Shown one piece after another: positions 9,617-20,219 of a DNA stretch of 64,000 bases (within the stretch, counting starts at the first letter, position 1; each line of letters starts with the position of its first letter). Source of the stretch: Alteromonas sp. (GTDB taxonomy: Bacteria > Margulisbacteria > Marinamargulisbacteria > UBA6595); contig CAXPTH010000003.1 of NCBI GenBank assembly GCA_964220215.1, positions 5,246-69,245 of the forward strand, written 5' to 3'. The notes beneath the pieces are model-generated. The model had not been told where the DNA came from. It ran no database searches and was given only the letters and a program-made list of their open reading frames with translations. Made by a program: the position numbers and the translations under genes.

Positions 9617-10332
9617 TCAGTACTCCCAACTAGGCTGCCAATTTTATGACCCAAAATAATATTTTGAATATGATTCTCTTCGGTTAGTTTAAATACAATG
9701 GTTGGAATATTATTATCCATACTCAGGGACAATGCCGTGCTGTCCATGACTTTTAACTCTTTTTGCAAAGCATCCATATAGGAAATTGATTCAAATTTTT
9801 TGGCATCGTCATATTTAACCGGGTCTTTATCATAAACCCCATTTACTTGCGTTGCTTTTAATATAACATCGGCTTTGATTTCTGCTGCACGTAAGGCGGC
9901 TGTCGTATCGGTTGTAAAGTAAGGATTCCCAGTTCCACCACAAAAAATAACCACTCGGTTTTTTTCAAAATGACGCAAGGCTCGACGCAACACAAAGGGC
10001 TCGGCAATTTCAGTCACTTCCAAGGAACTTTGCAACCGTGTGCTTACCCCACTTTTCTCTAAGGCATCTTGCAAGGCAATGCCATTCATGACAGTGGCCA
10101 ACATGCCGCTGTAATCGGCCGCAACACGATCCATGCCCTGGGCAGAGGCAGACATGCCTCTAAAAATATTGCCGCCACCAATGACGATGCCAATGTCAGC
10201 CCCGAGTTCGTGCCCTTTTTTGATTTCATTGGCAATGAACATTAAAAAATGCGGATCAATCCCATAGCTGCGGGATCCTTTGAAGGCTTCGCCACTGAGT
10301 TTGAGTAAAATTCGTTTGTAAGTTATTGACAT
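9613..10332 (-). CDS. pyrH: UMP kinase
   Basis: [11 protein letters not shown]-terminus and amino-acid-kinase fold. Confidence 0.9.
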   Translation of the reverse strand: MSITYKRILLKLSGEAFKGSRSYGIDPHFLMFIANEIKKGHELGADIGIVIGGGNIFRGMSASAQGMDRVAADYSGMLATVMNGIALQDALEKSGVSTRLQSSLEVTEIAEPFVLRRALRHFEKNRVVIFCGGTGNPYFTTDTTAALRAAEIKADVILKATQVNGVYDKDPVKYDDAKKFESISYMDALQKELKVMDSTALSLSMDNNIPTIVFKLTEENHIQNIILGHKIGSLVGSTE

Positions 10333-10387
10333 GTGTTTACTAAAGTGTAGCTTGAATGTTCAAATTCATCAACGGTATGATTGATGT

Positions 10388-11578
10388 ATGAGCCATCAAT
10401 CGCCCAATATTTTCATCAGTGCCGGCGAAATATCCGGTGATTTGCATGCCGCTGAATTGGTCAAGGCGTTGAAAACCCACATGCCACAGGCTCAATTTTT
10501 TGGGATGGGGGATTCCGCAATGGCCGACGCAGGGGTGGAATTGTTGGCCACGATTCGGGATCATAGTGCCATTGGCATGTGGCAGTCGGTGCGTGAACTA
10601 ACCCGGGTTCGTCGAACCATTCGGGACCTTACGGCCATCATTAAAACCCAGCGGCCGGATTATATTATTGTGGTGGATTGCGAGGCCATTCATGTGCCAT
10701 TGTTGCGTGCGGTTCAGGATCTTAATATTCCCAACTGTTACTACATATCGCCTCAAATATGGTGGACACGCAATCGGCATGACCAACACCAAATAGCGAC
10801 ACGTGTAATGGCTGTGACGGATCATATTTTGGCCATTTTTAAAGCCGAAGCCGACGTGTACACCCACTTGGGGCATCCATCAGTTCAGTATATTGGCCAT
10901 CCGTTGTTGGACATGGCGCATGCGACGCAATCCAAAGCAGACGCCTATGCGCTGTTGGGGCTTTCACTAGACCGTCCTATTATTGGGGTGTTTCCAGGGT
11001 CCCGATGGCAAGAAATTAAATCCACGTATTCCCACCTGATTCAAGCGGCACAGGCCGTGGTTCAGCGTGGGGTTTCCGCCCACATTGTGGTGGTATTGCG
11101 GTCGGCAAAGTATGCAGCCTATATTCGAAAAAACACGCCCGATGGGATACACATCTATACGGGCGATTCCTACGGGATTATTCCGCATCTGACGGCATCG
11201 TTGGTATTGTCTGGCACGGTAACGTTGGAGCATGCCTTATTTCAGGTTCCGATGGTGGTTGCGTATCGGTTTGGCCCCCTGATAACCTTATTTATTCGGC
11301 TCTGGCTACGGGTCAAGTCGATTCAGCTGCGTTGGGTATCCTTGCCTAATCTAATGCTGCAACAACCCGTGGTCCCGGAATGCCTGCAACGCCAAGCGAC
11401 AGTGTCTAATTTAGCGCACGAACTGTATCAATTGTGCGATCCACAGTATCCGGTTGAGCAAAACCCATATCGGCAACGACAACGGCATGGGTTTCAAACA
11501 ATCAAAGCCTATATGGGACCAGCCGGCGCTGTCAATCGAGCTGCGGGGTTACTTGCCAGCTGGATTAACGCCAGTTAA
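10388..11578 (+). CDS. lpxB: lipid-A-disaccharide synthase
   Basis: IFISAGEISGDLHAAELVKALK N-terminus and GT-B body; 396 aa. Confidence 0.8.
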   Translation: MSHQSPNIFISAGEISGDLHAAELVKALKTHMPQAQFFGMGDSAMADAGVELLATIRDHSAIGMWQSVRELTRVRRTIRDLTAIIKTQRPDYIIVVDCEAIHVPLLRAVQDLNIPNCYYISPQIWWTRNRHDQHQIATRVMAVTDHILAIFKAEADVYTHLGHPSVQYIGHPLLDMAHATQSKADAYALLGLSLDRPIIGVFPGSRWQEIKSTYSHLIQAAQAVVQRGVSAHIVVVLRSAKYAAYIRKNTPDGIHIYTGDSYGIIPHLTASLVLSGTVTLEHALFQVPMVVAYRFGPLITLFIRLWLRVKSIQLRWVSLPNLMLQQPVVPECLQRQATVSNLAHELYQLCDPQYPVEQNPYRQRQRHGFQTIKAYMGPAGAVNRAAGLLASWINAS

Positions 11579-12846
11579 AAGTTTGATTGAATCCATCCGG
11601 TTTGGCCTGTTCCCAATTGTATTTGTTGCCAATTTCCGTTGGGTTTTTTGTAATAAACGGGTAGATCCCGGTGCAGCATAAACAATGCCGTTTGGCTATC
11701 TTTATGCGCATAAAAAGCGGTCCGTTCGGCGTCAAGCAGGACAATCGGGTACGGGTATAGGGTAAAATAGGCAATCCAAACGCCTACATGCATTCCCAGC
11801 CATAGCCATAGCAGTCGATGGCGTTGATAGGCATAGGCAATCCCGGCTAGCCCTGCACTGAAAAATAGCAACGCAAGCCACTCATACCGACCCAATCGCC
11901 GTGGTGGGCTTGGAAATAAGTGGCGATCCGGATGGGTCTGAATGAGGCTTGCCCAGCGATGGTGCCGATCGGTATCGCGGGGATGTAACTGCAGTTCTTT
12001 CCAAAGATTGGGGATTGATTCGGTGGTTTGTTCTTGCCGAATGACAGCGGCATTGGGGCTATGCTCATCGTATACGGTGACATAGCGTTTGGGGGCTTCG
12101 AGCCATTGGTAATGCCCGCTTTTTGGGTCTAATGTCCATAACTGAATGGCCGGAAGTGGAAAATCGCCACTCCGGTTGGGGATAAAAATATAGGATAATC
12201 GATGCGTTTGCACCCATGGATCCTCGGTTGTTTCTGTTTCATGGCTGTCTAAGTAATGCCGGAATACGTGACTGCGCCCAATACGAATGGATTGGATCGT
12301 CAAATTCCCGGTTGCATGAATAATAATGGGGACGGCAATGGGGGCGTTGGCCACAACATCGTAGGTCACACGAGGGGCATCCAACCAAAACTGCCCCACA
12401 CTAACGGGGTGGGTAACACGGGTGCTTGGGGGCGCTTTAACCATGAGAACGGTTGGGTTGGATACATGGGGGCGTTCGGCATAACTGACAGCTGGTGGAA
12501 TTGTAATCGGACCGGCATGTTGCGGCAGAAGCTTGAGCTTCATGCGCGTGTATACATAGTATCGGGTTTGGTTGCGGTACTCGATACTGGGGTGATCGGG
12601 CAATGCCTGGGATTCGCTCCATAGGGATGCGGTGGGAATGTGTGGGGATTCAAGTGTTGCATAATTGGGCGCAATGCTGGTTCGGTATTCCAAGACCGTA
12701 TAAATGAGCGGTTCTCCAACAATGGGCGTGGTTTGATTGACCGTTGCGACTAACATCACGGGCGGGTTTGGGTTCATCGGATGCGCCCACTCTGCCCATG
12801 AACTGCTGCCAATCATCAGGAACCAAATAGTGGCTAAAATTACCAC
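11575..12846 (-). CDS. BatD-like protein (oxygen-tolerance operon family)
   Basis: N-terminal signal/TM, large extracytoplasmic domain and C-terminal TM. Sits downstream of vWA genes as BatD does in Bat operons. Similarity is weak. Confidence 0.45.
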   Translation of the reverse strand: MVILATIWFLMIGSSSWAEWAHPMNPNPPVMLVATVNQTTPIVGEPLIYTVLEYRTSIAPNYATLESPHIPTASLWSESQALPDHPSIEYRNQTRYYVYTRMKLKLLPQHAGPITIPPAVSYAERPHVSNPTVLMVKAPPSTRVTHPVSVGQFWLDAPRVTYDVVANAPIAVPIIIHATGNLTIQSIRIGRSHVFRHYLDSHETETTEDPWVQTHRLSYIFIPNRSGDFPLPAIQLWTLDPKSGHYQWLEAPKRYVTVYDEHSPNAAVIRQEQTTESIPNLWKELQLHPRDTDRHHRWASLIQTHPDRHLFPSPPRRLGRYEWLALLFFSAGLAGIAYAYQRHRLLWLWLGMHVGVWIAYFTLYPYPIVLLDAERTAFYAHKDSQTALFMLHRDLPVYYKKPNGNWQQIQLGTGQTGWIQSNF

Positions 12847-14243
12847 GTGCGCCCCTCCAATTGTATGGATGGTGTGGGCGTCTGATTGTAATTTTGATAG
12901 TTGCTGGTGTCGATGGCTTCAATCGATTGCCACGATGCCGGTAGTGGCATTGGCCCAATATTCGTATGAGTCCTGGTTAATGGTTCTGGTGGATAGGTTT
13001 TGACGGTGGCATTGTTGCGATACGCATGCTCAAATAACACGCGGGCAGACTCGTGCAAGGGGTTCTGGATAATCAGTGGTTTGAGCAGTGTCATCGCCGT
13101 GTCAAATTGGCCCATCATATACAGCGAAATAGCCTGCTCATATACTGAATGGCTATGCGCAAAGGCTTGGGCTGCTTGGGCATATTCCCCCCGTGCTTGA
13201 TGCAATTTTCCACGGTTAAACCATAGCCAATCTGGTGACGTGCCTGAGGGATCGGCCATTGTCTGGATCTGACGCATAGCCAGCGATGGGTTGTTCTGTC
13301 GCCAGGCTAGTTTGGCTTCATGATTGTGCCAGTGGCTGGGAAGTGATGCAAAGGCAGTGGTGTGCACCAGCAGTACCAGCAGTATCCAAGGCCGTGAATA
13401 CAGGAAGGGAACCAGCAACAATCCAACCCCAATAATGAGGATAGGCATGGGGTTGATGGGGGCAGGGGATGTCTGGGTGGGGCCACGCATTTGCATAATG
13501 TGTGTGTATACACGTTGGGGAATAGCTGGGGTTTTGGTGGCTTCCAAATAATGCCCCTGGGTTTGCTCAGCAATGCCCATGAGGGTGTCTCGGTTTAATT
13601 TTGATAAAATGATCGCCCCATTTTCTTTTTCAAAGCCACCGGATAATTTGGGAACCGGATCGCCATCCAGAGACCCCATGCCAATGCTGATGATGCGCAT
13701 GTTTAATTGGTTTGCATAAAATAGCATGCGGTAGGCATCGCCAGCGGTGCTGTCTCCATCACTCCAGATCACTAAAACAGGGTCGCTCGATTGGTTTAAA
13801 AACCCCCGATAGGCCGCTAAAATAGCATCAGACAATCGGCTACCGGGCCAATCATACAGTGGGGATATTGACGCAATACGTTGCTGGACACTGGCTAAAT
13901 CTTGGGTTAAGGGGCAGGTGATTCGCGCGTCGCCGGCAAACTGAATAATGCCCAGCCGGTAATTGCCCAATAGACGCGCCAATTCCGTCGCCTGTTGCTT
14001 GGCGACAGCCAGTCGATTGGGGTGTACATCTTGGGCCATCATGCTGGTTGAGCTATCAATGGCGAAGTAAATATCGGGGTGACGCAGTGGCTGTATGGGG
14101 GTGTGTGGGGGCTGAAGCGCATAGACAAGCAGCCCAATAGCGACGCAAATTAATCCCAAACACTGAGTTAATAATGGCCCCATGGGCGCCTCCATTGAAT
14201 GAATACGCTCAGAATAGCGATGCCGGCTCCGATGCCCAGGCAA
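12840..14243 (-). CDS. vWA domain plus TPR protein (BatB/BatC-like fusion)
   Basis: vWA MIDAS region (FAIDSSTSM...IIQFAGDARITCPLTQD) followed by TPR-like helices. True start is probably an internal Met (MEAPMGPLL or MGPLL). Confidence 0.55.
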   Translation of the reverse strand: MPGHRSRHRYSERIHSMEAPMGPLLTQCLGLICVAIGLLVYALQPPHTPIQPLRHPDIYFAIDSSTSMMAQDVHPNRLAVAKQQATELARLLGNYRLGIIQFAGDARITCPLTQDLASVQQRIASISPLYDWPGSRLSDAILAAYRGFLNQSSDPVLVIWSDGDSTAGDAYRMLFYANQLNMRIISIGMGSLDGDPVPKLSGGFEKENGAIILSKLNRDTLMGIAEQTQGHYLEATKTPAIPQRVYTHIMQMRGPTQTSPAPINPMPILIIGVGLLLVPFLYSRPWILLVLLVHTTAFASLPSHWHNHEAKLAWRQNNPSLAMRQIQTMADPSGTSPDWLWFNRGKLHQARGEYAQAAQAFAHSHSVYEQAISLYMMGQFDTAMTLLKPLIIQNPLHESARVLFEHAYRNNATVKTYPPEPLTRTHTNIGPMPLPASWQSIEAIDTSNYQNYNQTPTPSIQLEGRTW

Positions 14244-15553
14244 ATGAATTGAACGGATTGTTTTTGTGTGCGATACGCTAGTGTGCTTTTGGGCAATGTG
14301 AGGGCGCGAAGGGATTGCACCAGCGGGTGGGTATCGGTTGCCTTGGTGAGTGTAAACGCATGGCCTTGCGTGATATGGCTAATGGCCGTTAGTTCTGCGT
14401 CATTGCGGTAGGTGGACACAATGGTGTTGCTGGCATTGCGCCGATACAGTTGGGTATACGTTGGGTTGTCTACAATTTGATAAATGCCGTCGGGTGAGCC
14501 AAATCCAAGGGTATCAATGGCAATGTCGTACTGCTGAGCCAGTTGAGCCAGTGTTGTGGGGTTGATTGCCGTTGGGCTATCGGGCTGGGAGCCACTGCTG
14601 AGCAACACAATGCGCTTAGGGCCCGGAACGTCTTTCAATCGATGAATGGCCATGGCCAAGGCAAGCCCCACATTGGGGGGGGACCCCACGTCATTGTGGG
14701 TACGTTCCGCAATGGCTTTTTTGACGAGGCTATGATCTTGAGTCAAGGGAACAACCGTGTAGGGGTGTGCCCCCAACGCAATGAGCCCAACGCGATCATA
14801 GTGGCTGGTGTCGAGCCAGTCTTCCAGCAATAGCTGTGCGGTTTTTAATCGGTGTTGGGGTTTGAAATCAATGGTTTGCATGGCTTGGGACGTGTCTAAA
14901 ACAATCATAACGTGATAGGGCCTTTGGGTATGAATGGGTTGATCGGTGACATAAACAGGGTGGGCAAGCCCCACAACAACAATCCCCACGCCGAGACGAA
15001 AAGCCAGGGGCATTAGCATGCGAAACAGGCCGGGCAATGCCACAATATAATGCAAGGGTTTGGGGAGGCTATGCGGCTGAATGCGCCGGGCCATAATGAG
15101 GGGAAGTATGGCCAGAAGCCACAGGGGTGCGGCGAGTTGCCAATAGGTATGCGGATAGGGGGTTTGATGGGTGGTTAAAAACGTGCTGGATACTTTGGGC
15201 GTGGTTTTCTGGGTCATGGCACTAACATCGATCATTTGACTGGGAATTATGCCGCTATGGGTATTCACACTGGGAATGACACGAGCACCCAGTGAAAACG
15301 GAATTAGGGTTGCTTGGATTGTTGTTTGGTCAATATGAAGGGATTCAACATGAATACCGGTACTCAGTTGTTGGTGAATCGATGCCCAAGCATTGCTGGA
15401 TACGGGCTCTGGCATATGCACGGTGTATTCGATGGGTGTTCCGATTGTGGTATGAATGGGATAAAGGCTGACATTGGGGGTGCTGGCATGCAAAATAAGG
15501 CCGATCCCCAACAGCGTTACCCCCCGGATGATCGCCACCATTATACCCACCAT
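14168..15553 (-). CDS. vWA domain membrane protein (BatA-like)
   Basis: N-terminal TMs then vWA (HVMIVLDTSQAM...). The 3' end overlaps the next gene. Confidence 0.55.
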   Translation of the reverse strand: MVGIMVAIIRGVTLLGIGLILHASTPNVSLYPIHTTIGTPIEYTVHMPEPVSSNAWASIHQQLSTGIHVESLHIDQTTIQATLIPFSLGARVIPSVNTHSGIIPSQMIDVSAMTQKTTPKVSSTFLTTHQTPYPHTYWQLAAPLWLLAILPLIMARRIQPHSLPKPLHYIVALPGLFRMLMPLAFRLGVGIVVVGLAHPVYVTDQPIHTQRPYHVMIVLDTSQAMQTIDFKPQHRLKTAQLLLEDWLDTSHYDRVGLIALGAHPYTVVPLTQDHSLVKKAIAERTHNDVGSPPNVGLALAMAIHRLKDVPGPKRIVLLSSGSQPDSPTAINPTTLAQLAQQYDIAIDTLGFGSPDGIYQIVDNPTYTQLYRRNASNTIVSTYRNDAELTAISHITQGHAFTLTKATDTHPLVQSLRALTLPKSTLAYRTQKQSVQFICLGIGAGIAILSVFIQWRRPWGHY

Positions 15554-16065
15554 TGGGGCACCAGGTTAAGCTGCTGACAAATATAATTTAATCGCGATCG
15601 ATTCACCGATTGACTATGCTGATAGCGAGCCCGAAGATCGGCACTGTCTGCGTGAATCATGCGAGTGGTGAACCACGGCGCGTTTGGCTTGGACACGGAC
15701 TGCCATCCGGTTGTGGGGCATAGCGCATCAAATGTAAAATCAACAAACACCGGAGTAATTGAATGGCATTGACTGGCTACTTGTAAGGATGCTTGGTAAT
15801 TTGGTTCATTAAAATCCGATACAAGCCATACGGTGTGTGGCACGCGAAGGGTGTCGATCCAATGGTCTAAACAGGCCGACAGGCTCGTATACGCTTGGGT
15901 ATTGGCAATAGACGCTTGAATATCGCGATGGGTGAGTGCTGCGTAATAGTGCCCCGATACCCACAAGCGGACATCGGGCTGAGAATCATACAGCTGACAG
16001 GCAATTGCGGCAATAGCTTCATGCTGATATGCATCGGTTAATAACGGAACGATGCATGCGGGCAT
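15541..16065 (-). CDS. DUF58-like protein, C-terminal half only (possible gene remnant)
   Basis: 174 aa with the VWLVSDF motif typical of the DUF58 C-terminus. The N-terminal half and the MoxR ATPase usually preceding it are absent. Confidence 0.35.
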   Translation of the reverse strand: MPACIVPLLTDAYQHEAIAAIACQLYDSQPDVRLWVSGHYYAALTHRDIQASIANTQAYTSLSACLDHWIDTLRVPHTVWLVSDFNEPNYQASLQVASQCHSITPVFVDFTFDALCPTTGWQSVSKPNAPWFTTRMIHADSADLRARYQHSQSVNRSRLNYICQQLNLVPQWWV

Positions 16066-16074
16066 TCACGCGAC

Positions 16075-17019
16075 CTAGTTAAACAAACTGGATATAGACC
16101 GGCGTTGGTAGTTGCGTCGAATGGCTTCGGCCAATAGCGGGGCGGCTGATAGTACGGTTAACCCATCAAAGTGTTTATCAGACTCAAGCGCCATAGTATT
16201 GGTTACAATGACTTCTTTTATCGGGGCTTCAGACAACCGTTCAATGGCGGGGCCTGAAAAAACGGGGTGGGTCGCCGCCAAATACACATCGCCACAGCCG
16301 GCTGCTTTTAATGCCTCGATACCTGAAATGACCGATCCAGCCGTGTCAATCATATCATCAACCAATAAAATGGTTTTGTCTTTGACATCCCCAATCACGT
16401 TGGTAATTTTAGCCACTTGTTGTGCGGGCCGGGTTTTGTACATCATGGCTAAGGATGCATGCAAGCGATCAGCCAATCGTTTGGAAAACTTTACCCGTCC
16501 AGCATCCGGTGCCACGACGACTAAATTGGCCAATGATTTTTGATTGATATAATCCGCAATAATCGGCAAGGCCGTTAAGTGATCCACGGGTTGAGAAAAA
16601 AAGCCTTGAATTTGATCCGAATGCAGATCCATCGTAATGAGCCGATCAAACCCAATCGAGTCCAGCAAATCCGCAATCAATCGGGCTGTAATGGGCTCAC
16701 GCGGAGCGGATTTTTTGTCTTGGCGACCGTACGCAAAATGAGGCACAATTAAGTTAACCGATTTGGCCGATGCCCGTTTCAACGCATCCATTAAAATAAA
16801 CAGTTCCATATAGGCATCGTTGGGGTTATGGCCAATGGACTGCAACACAAAACAATCAAAGCCTCGGATACTTTCTTGGATTCGGGCATAGCTTTCCCCA
16901 CCACTGAATTTAAATAATTCAACCAACCCCTCTTGGATGCCCAACTGAGCGGCAATTTCTTGCGCCAGTTTGTGGTTGCTTGAACCACAAAAAAACCGCA
17001 TGTTATCCAAGGTATTCAT
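16075..17019 (-). CDS. prs: ribose-phosphate pyrophosphokinase
   Basis: DLHSDQIQGFF and PRPP-binding VVVAPDAGRVKFSKRLA motifs. Confidence 0.9.
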   Translation of the reverse strand: MNTLDNMRFFCGSSNHKLAQEIAAQLGIQEGLVELFKFSGGESYARIQESIRGFDCFVLQSIGHNPNDAYMELFILMDALKRASAKSVNLIVPHFAYGRQDKKSAPREPITARLIADLLDSIGFDRLITMDLHSDQIQGFFSQPVDHLTALPIIADYINQKSLANLVVVAPDAGRVKFSKRLADRLHASLAMMYKTRPAQQVAKITNVIGDVKDKTILLVDDMIDTAGSVISGIEALKAAGCGDVYLAATHPVFSGPAIERLSEAPIKEVIVTNTMALESDKHFDGLTVLSAAPLLAEAIRRNYQRRSISSLFN

Positions 17020-17022
17020 GGC

Positions 17023-18633
17023 TTAGGCCGTGGCTAGTACAGGGCCAGCCTGTGTGAGGGATTTGGCGATGCTAAACGATTCGTATTTTTTAAAGTTTTC
17101 AACAAATTGTTTGGCTAATTGCTCACGTTGTGCGTCAAAGGCTTGTGCATCTGCCCAGGTATTTGCCGGATTTAAAATGCTTGATTCTACGCCATTTAAT
17201 TGAGTGGGAATTGAAAAATTAAATACACCGAAGATTTCAGTGGGTGCAGACTCAATGCTGCCGTCTAAAATTGCATTAATAATGGTTCGTGTATTTTTGA
17301 GTGAGATTCGATGCCCAACCCCAAATGCACCACCGGTCCAACCGGTATTGACCAAATAGGTTCGGCTGTTGTGGGCCTTGATTTTATCCCCCAATGTTTT
17401 AGCATAAGCGGTTGGATGTAGGGTTAAAAAGGGCTTTCCAAAACACGTTGAAAACGTCGAGGTGGGTTCAGTCACGCCCAGTTCAGTACCGGGAATTTTA
17501 GCCGTATAGCCACTTAAATACTGATACATGGCCTGCTCCGTGGTGAGTTTGGATACGGGGGGCAAAACGCCATACGCATCGCACGTCAAAAAGATAATAA
17601 TTTGGGGGTGCTGGCCAACGGATCGGGGGGTTACAATGTTATCAATGTGTTCAATGGGATACGATACCCGGGTGTTTTCTGTTTTGCTACCATCGGCAAA
17701 ATCCACAACCCCATTACTATCTAAAACAACATTTTCAAGCAAGGCATTGCGGCGAATGGCACGGTAAATATCGGGCTCTTTTTCCTCAGATAAATCAATT
17801 GTTTTAGCGTAACAACCGCCTTCAAAATTAAAAATACCATCGTCGTCCCATCCATGCTCGTCATCCCCAATTAATTTTCGATCCGGGGAGGCAGACAGCG
17901 TTGTTTTCCCGGTTCCGGATAACCCAAAGAACAAAGCGGTATCGCCAGCACTGCCTTGGTTAGCCGAACAATGCAAGGCGGCAATGTCTTGCAGGGGCAA
18001 GAAGTAGTTCATAATACTAAACATGCCTTTTTTAATTTCTCCACCGTACCAGGTATTGCCAATAATTGTTTGGCGTTCTTGGATATTAAACGCAATATAG
18101 GTTTCAGACCGAATGCCCAACTCGTCATAATTGTCGCACTTGGTTTTGCAGGCATTTAAAATGGTCCAGTCGGGAGAGAAATTGGCTTTTTCAGCGTCCG
18201 TAGGCTCAATAAACATGTTTTTGAAAAAATGGGCCATCCACGCAACTTCAGTCACCAATCGAACGGCCAATCGGGTATTGGGGTTTGCACCACAAAATCC
18301 GTCCATAATGTATAGGGTTTTTCCGTTGAGTTGATCCGTTGATAGGGTTTTTAAGGCGTCCCAACTTTCAGGCAATAGGGGTTGGTTATCGGAGCCTTCG
18401 GCTTTCCACCAAATCGTATCTTTGGTGGTGTCATCGTATACAATGTATTTGTCTTTGGCGGATCGGCCTGTAAATTCGCCGGTGTCGACAGCAACGGCTC
18501 CGGTTTGGGTTACGGTGCCTTTTTCAAAGCCTGAAGCGGCCGTTTCATGCTCAAACAATGCATCATAGCTTAAATTAACATGCAGGTCAGACGCCTGAAT
18601 GTTTAGTGTCTTCAATTCGGATTCAATACTCAT
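17023..18633 (-). CDS. pckA: phosphoenolpyruvate carboxykinase (ATP)
   Basis: 536 aa; [13 protein letters not shown] kinase-1a loop and ATP-type PckA N-terminus. Confidence 0.9.
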   Translation of the reverse strand: MSIESELKTLNIQASDLHVNLSYDALFEHETAASGFEKGTVTQTGAVAVDTGEFTGRSAKDKYIVYDDTTKDTIWWKAEGSDNQPLLPESWDALKTLSTDQLNGKTLYIMDGFCGANPNTRLAVRLVTEVAWMAHFFKNMFIEPTDAEKANFSPDWTILNACKTKCDNYDELGIRSETYIAFNIQERQTIIGNTWYGGEIKKGMFSIMNYFLPLQDIAALHCSANQGSAGDTALFFGLSGTGKTTLSASPDRKLIGDDEHGWDDDGIFNFEGGCYAKTIDLSEEKEPDIYRAIRRNALLENVVLDSNGVVDFADGSKTENTRVSYPIEHIDNIVTPRSVGQHPQIIIFLTCDAYGVLPPVSKLTTEQAMYQYLSGYTAKIPGTELGVTEPTSTFSTCFGKPFLTLHPTAYAKTLGDKIKAHNSRTYLVNTGWTGGAFGVGHRISLKNTRTIINAILDGSIESAPTEIFGVFNFSIPTQLNGVESSILNPANTWADAQAFDAQREQLAKQFVENFKKYESFSIAKSLTQAGPVLATA

Positions 18634-18724
18634 ACTTTATACTCCTTCAATAAATAAAAATCTATTGTTCTCTAGTATAACGATGGGAGGTCCGATGCGT
18701 CAAAATTAATACAAAAAAATCGTT

Positions 18725-19792
18725 TTAAATGCTAGCGTGTAGCCGATCCAGATCCGCTTGGTCTTTGACGGGTTGAAATCGACTGCGCGGAACCTGAACA
18801 ATGGTGACGTTGGTCATGGCTTGGATGGCAGACCCCATGGCGGACTCCAGTTGAATAATCGGGGTGCCGGCTCGATTTTTTGGGTTGGCAATGCATTGCG
18901 TTAGCCCTATGGGCTTGAGCGTTTTAAGATAGGGAATGGATAGCCACAATGAGTTGGTGTTAAACAATGGCAACGCATTAAACAGGGCTTGGGTATGGGT
19001 ATCCGATGCCTGAATATTGCCGCGCTCCAGCAGGGTGATAGTCCCTGCGTGGCGAACGAAGCCTCCGCCTTTTTTATCCGCTTCGGTTTTAGGCGTTGCT
19101 TCGACCAAAGCATGCAGCCCATGCTCACGCATGTAACACACAAAGCGTGGGTCCCAGGTGGCGGCTAAATTATCGGAATTGGAAATAAACACGTACTCGT
19201 ACCCATTGGCGAGCCATTGATCTAAAATGCCAGTATCGTGAAACACTGAAAAAATATCCCCATGACCGGGAGGTGCCCAAGAATCCGCTTCGCTAGCGGC
19301 TGAATGATAGGGGGTTACTGGCTGTGTGTCTGTGTTTAAGCATGGCCATCGATTTTGAATTAAGGCAGGAATGCCGTGCGCGTCTAGGTGCTTGACGCAA
19401 CCTGGGTGGGTGTAAAAACTGTTGAGTAGCCATAGGTGTGTGTGCGGGCAGTTGGCATTTTGTTCAATAATAATGTCTAGAAAGGATCGGTGGCGCTTTG
19501 GGTCTGCAATGACCAGGCATTTGGGGCCTTGGCAGCCGAGTGTTGTGGCAAGGCCGCCGTTGAGTTTTAAGACAATCGTTTTGGGTGGGTTTTGCGTGTC
19601 GGTTAGCTGGGATAGGGCGATGGTGTCTGTGGGGTGCAGGGACTCAACATCACCAATACAATGGGGTTGCATGCAGTGTCCATCGGGATTGAGTTGGTTT
19701 AGGAATGATTGAAAGATAGCATGGCTGGTGGGGCGGTCGGGGCTATCGTTTTGCAGTTGATTTAAAAAGGGCTGATGCCAATCCTGGGTCAT
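18725..19792 (-). CDS. UDP-sugar pyrophosphorylase of the eukaryotic UDPGP family (UGPase/UAP-like)
   Basis: VLKLNGGLATTLGCQGPK matches the UDPGP nucleotide-binding signature (LNGGLGTxMG). 4-nt overlap with upstream crcB. Confidence 0.7.
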   Translation of the reverse strand: MTQDWHQPFLNQLQNDSPDRPTSHAIFQSFLNQLNPDGHCMQPHCIGDVESLHPTDTIALSQLTDTQNPPKTIVLKLNGGLATTLGCQGPKCLVIADPKRHRSFLDIIIEQNANCPHTHLWLLNSFYTHPGCVKHLDAHGIPALIQNRWPCLNTDTQPVTPYHSAASEADSWAPPGHGDIFSVFHDTGILDQWLANGYEYVFISNSDNLAATWDPRFVCYMREHGLHALVEATPKTEADKKGGGFVRHAGTITLLERGNIQASDTHTQALFNALPLFNTNSLWLSIPYLKTLKPIGLTQCIANPKNRAGTPIIQLESAMGSAIQAMTNVTIVQVPRSRFQPVKDQADLDRLHASI

Positions 19793-20124
19793 TTAACGAT
19801 CCAGTATCCCAAGGCTGTTGCCAGTATGCCGCCAAAGACATTGCCCATCATGTAAAGCAAGGCGGTGCCGTAGGCGCCAGCATGAATAAGAACGAGGCTG
19901 TCTTTTGAAAAGGTTGAAAATGTGCTAAACGCACCGAGAAATCCAACGGATAGCCAAGCGATAGTGGGTGTGTTGATGGACTCAGATAGTCCGTATAGGC
20001 ACCCGATTAAACTGCAGGCGACAAGATTAATCCCCCACGTGGTCCAATGGCTGTATACCCAACAATACAGCCCATACCGTGCCAATGTGCCCAGAACGCC
20101 ACCCACTGCTATCCCAATAATCAT
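19789..20124 (-). CDS. crcB: fluoride channel CrcB
   Basis: 111-aa four-TM protein with GxxGxxxR-type CrcB N-terminus (GGVLGTLARY). Confidence 0.8.
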   Translation of the reverse strand: MIIGIAVGGVLGTLARYGLYCWVYSHWTTWGINLVACSLIGCLYGLSESINTPTIAWLSVGFLGAFSTFSTFSKDSLVLIHAGAYGTALLYMMGNVFGGILATALGYWIVK

Positions 20125-20219
20125 TGATGTTGACTATAGCACTTTTAAGGGGTTTCGGCTACTTGGTAGCGATTGGTAGTGCTTTGCGATTGAATTATTT
20201 AGGGTTATATTTAGGTAAA

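Noticed and set aside
10340-10564. 74-aa minus-strand ORF in the pyrH/lpxB divergent region
   Set aside because: Overlaps the lpxB 5' coding region in antisense. The intergenic part is only about 50 bp.
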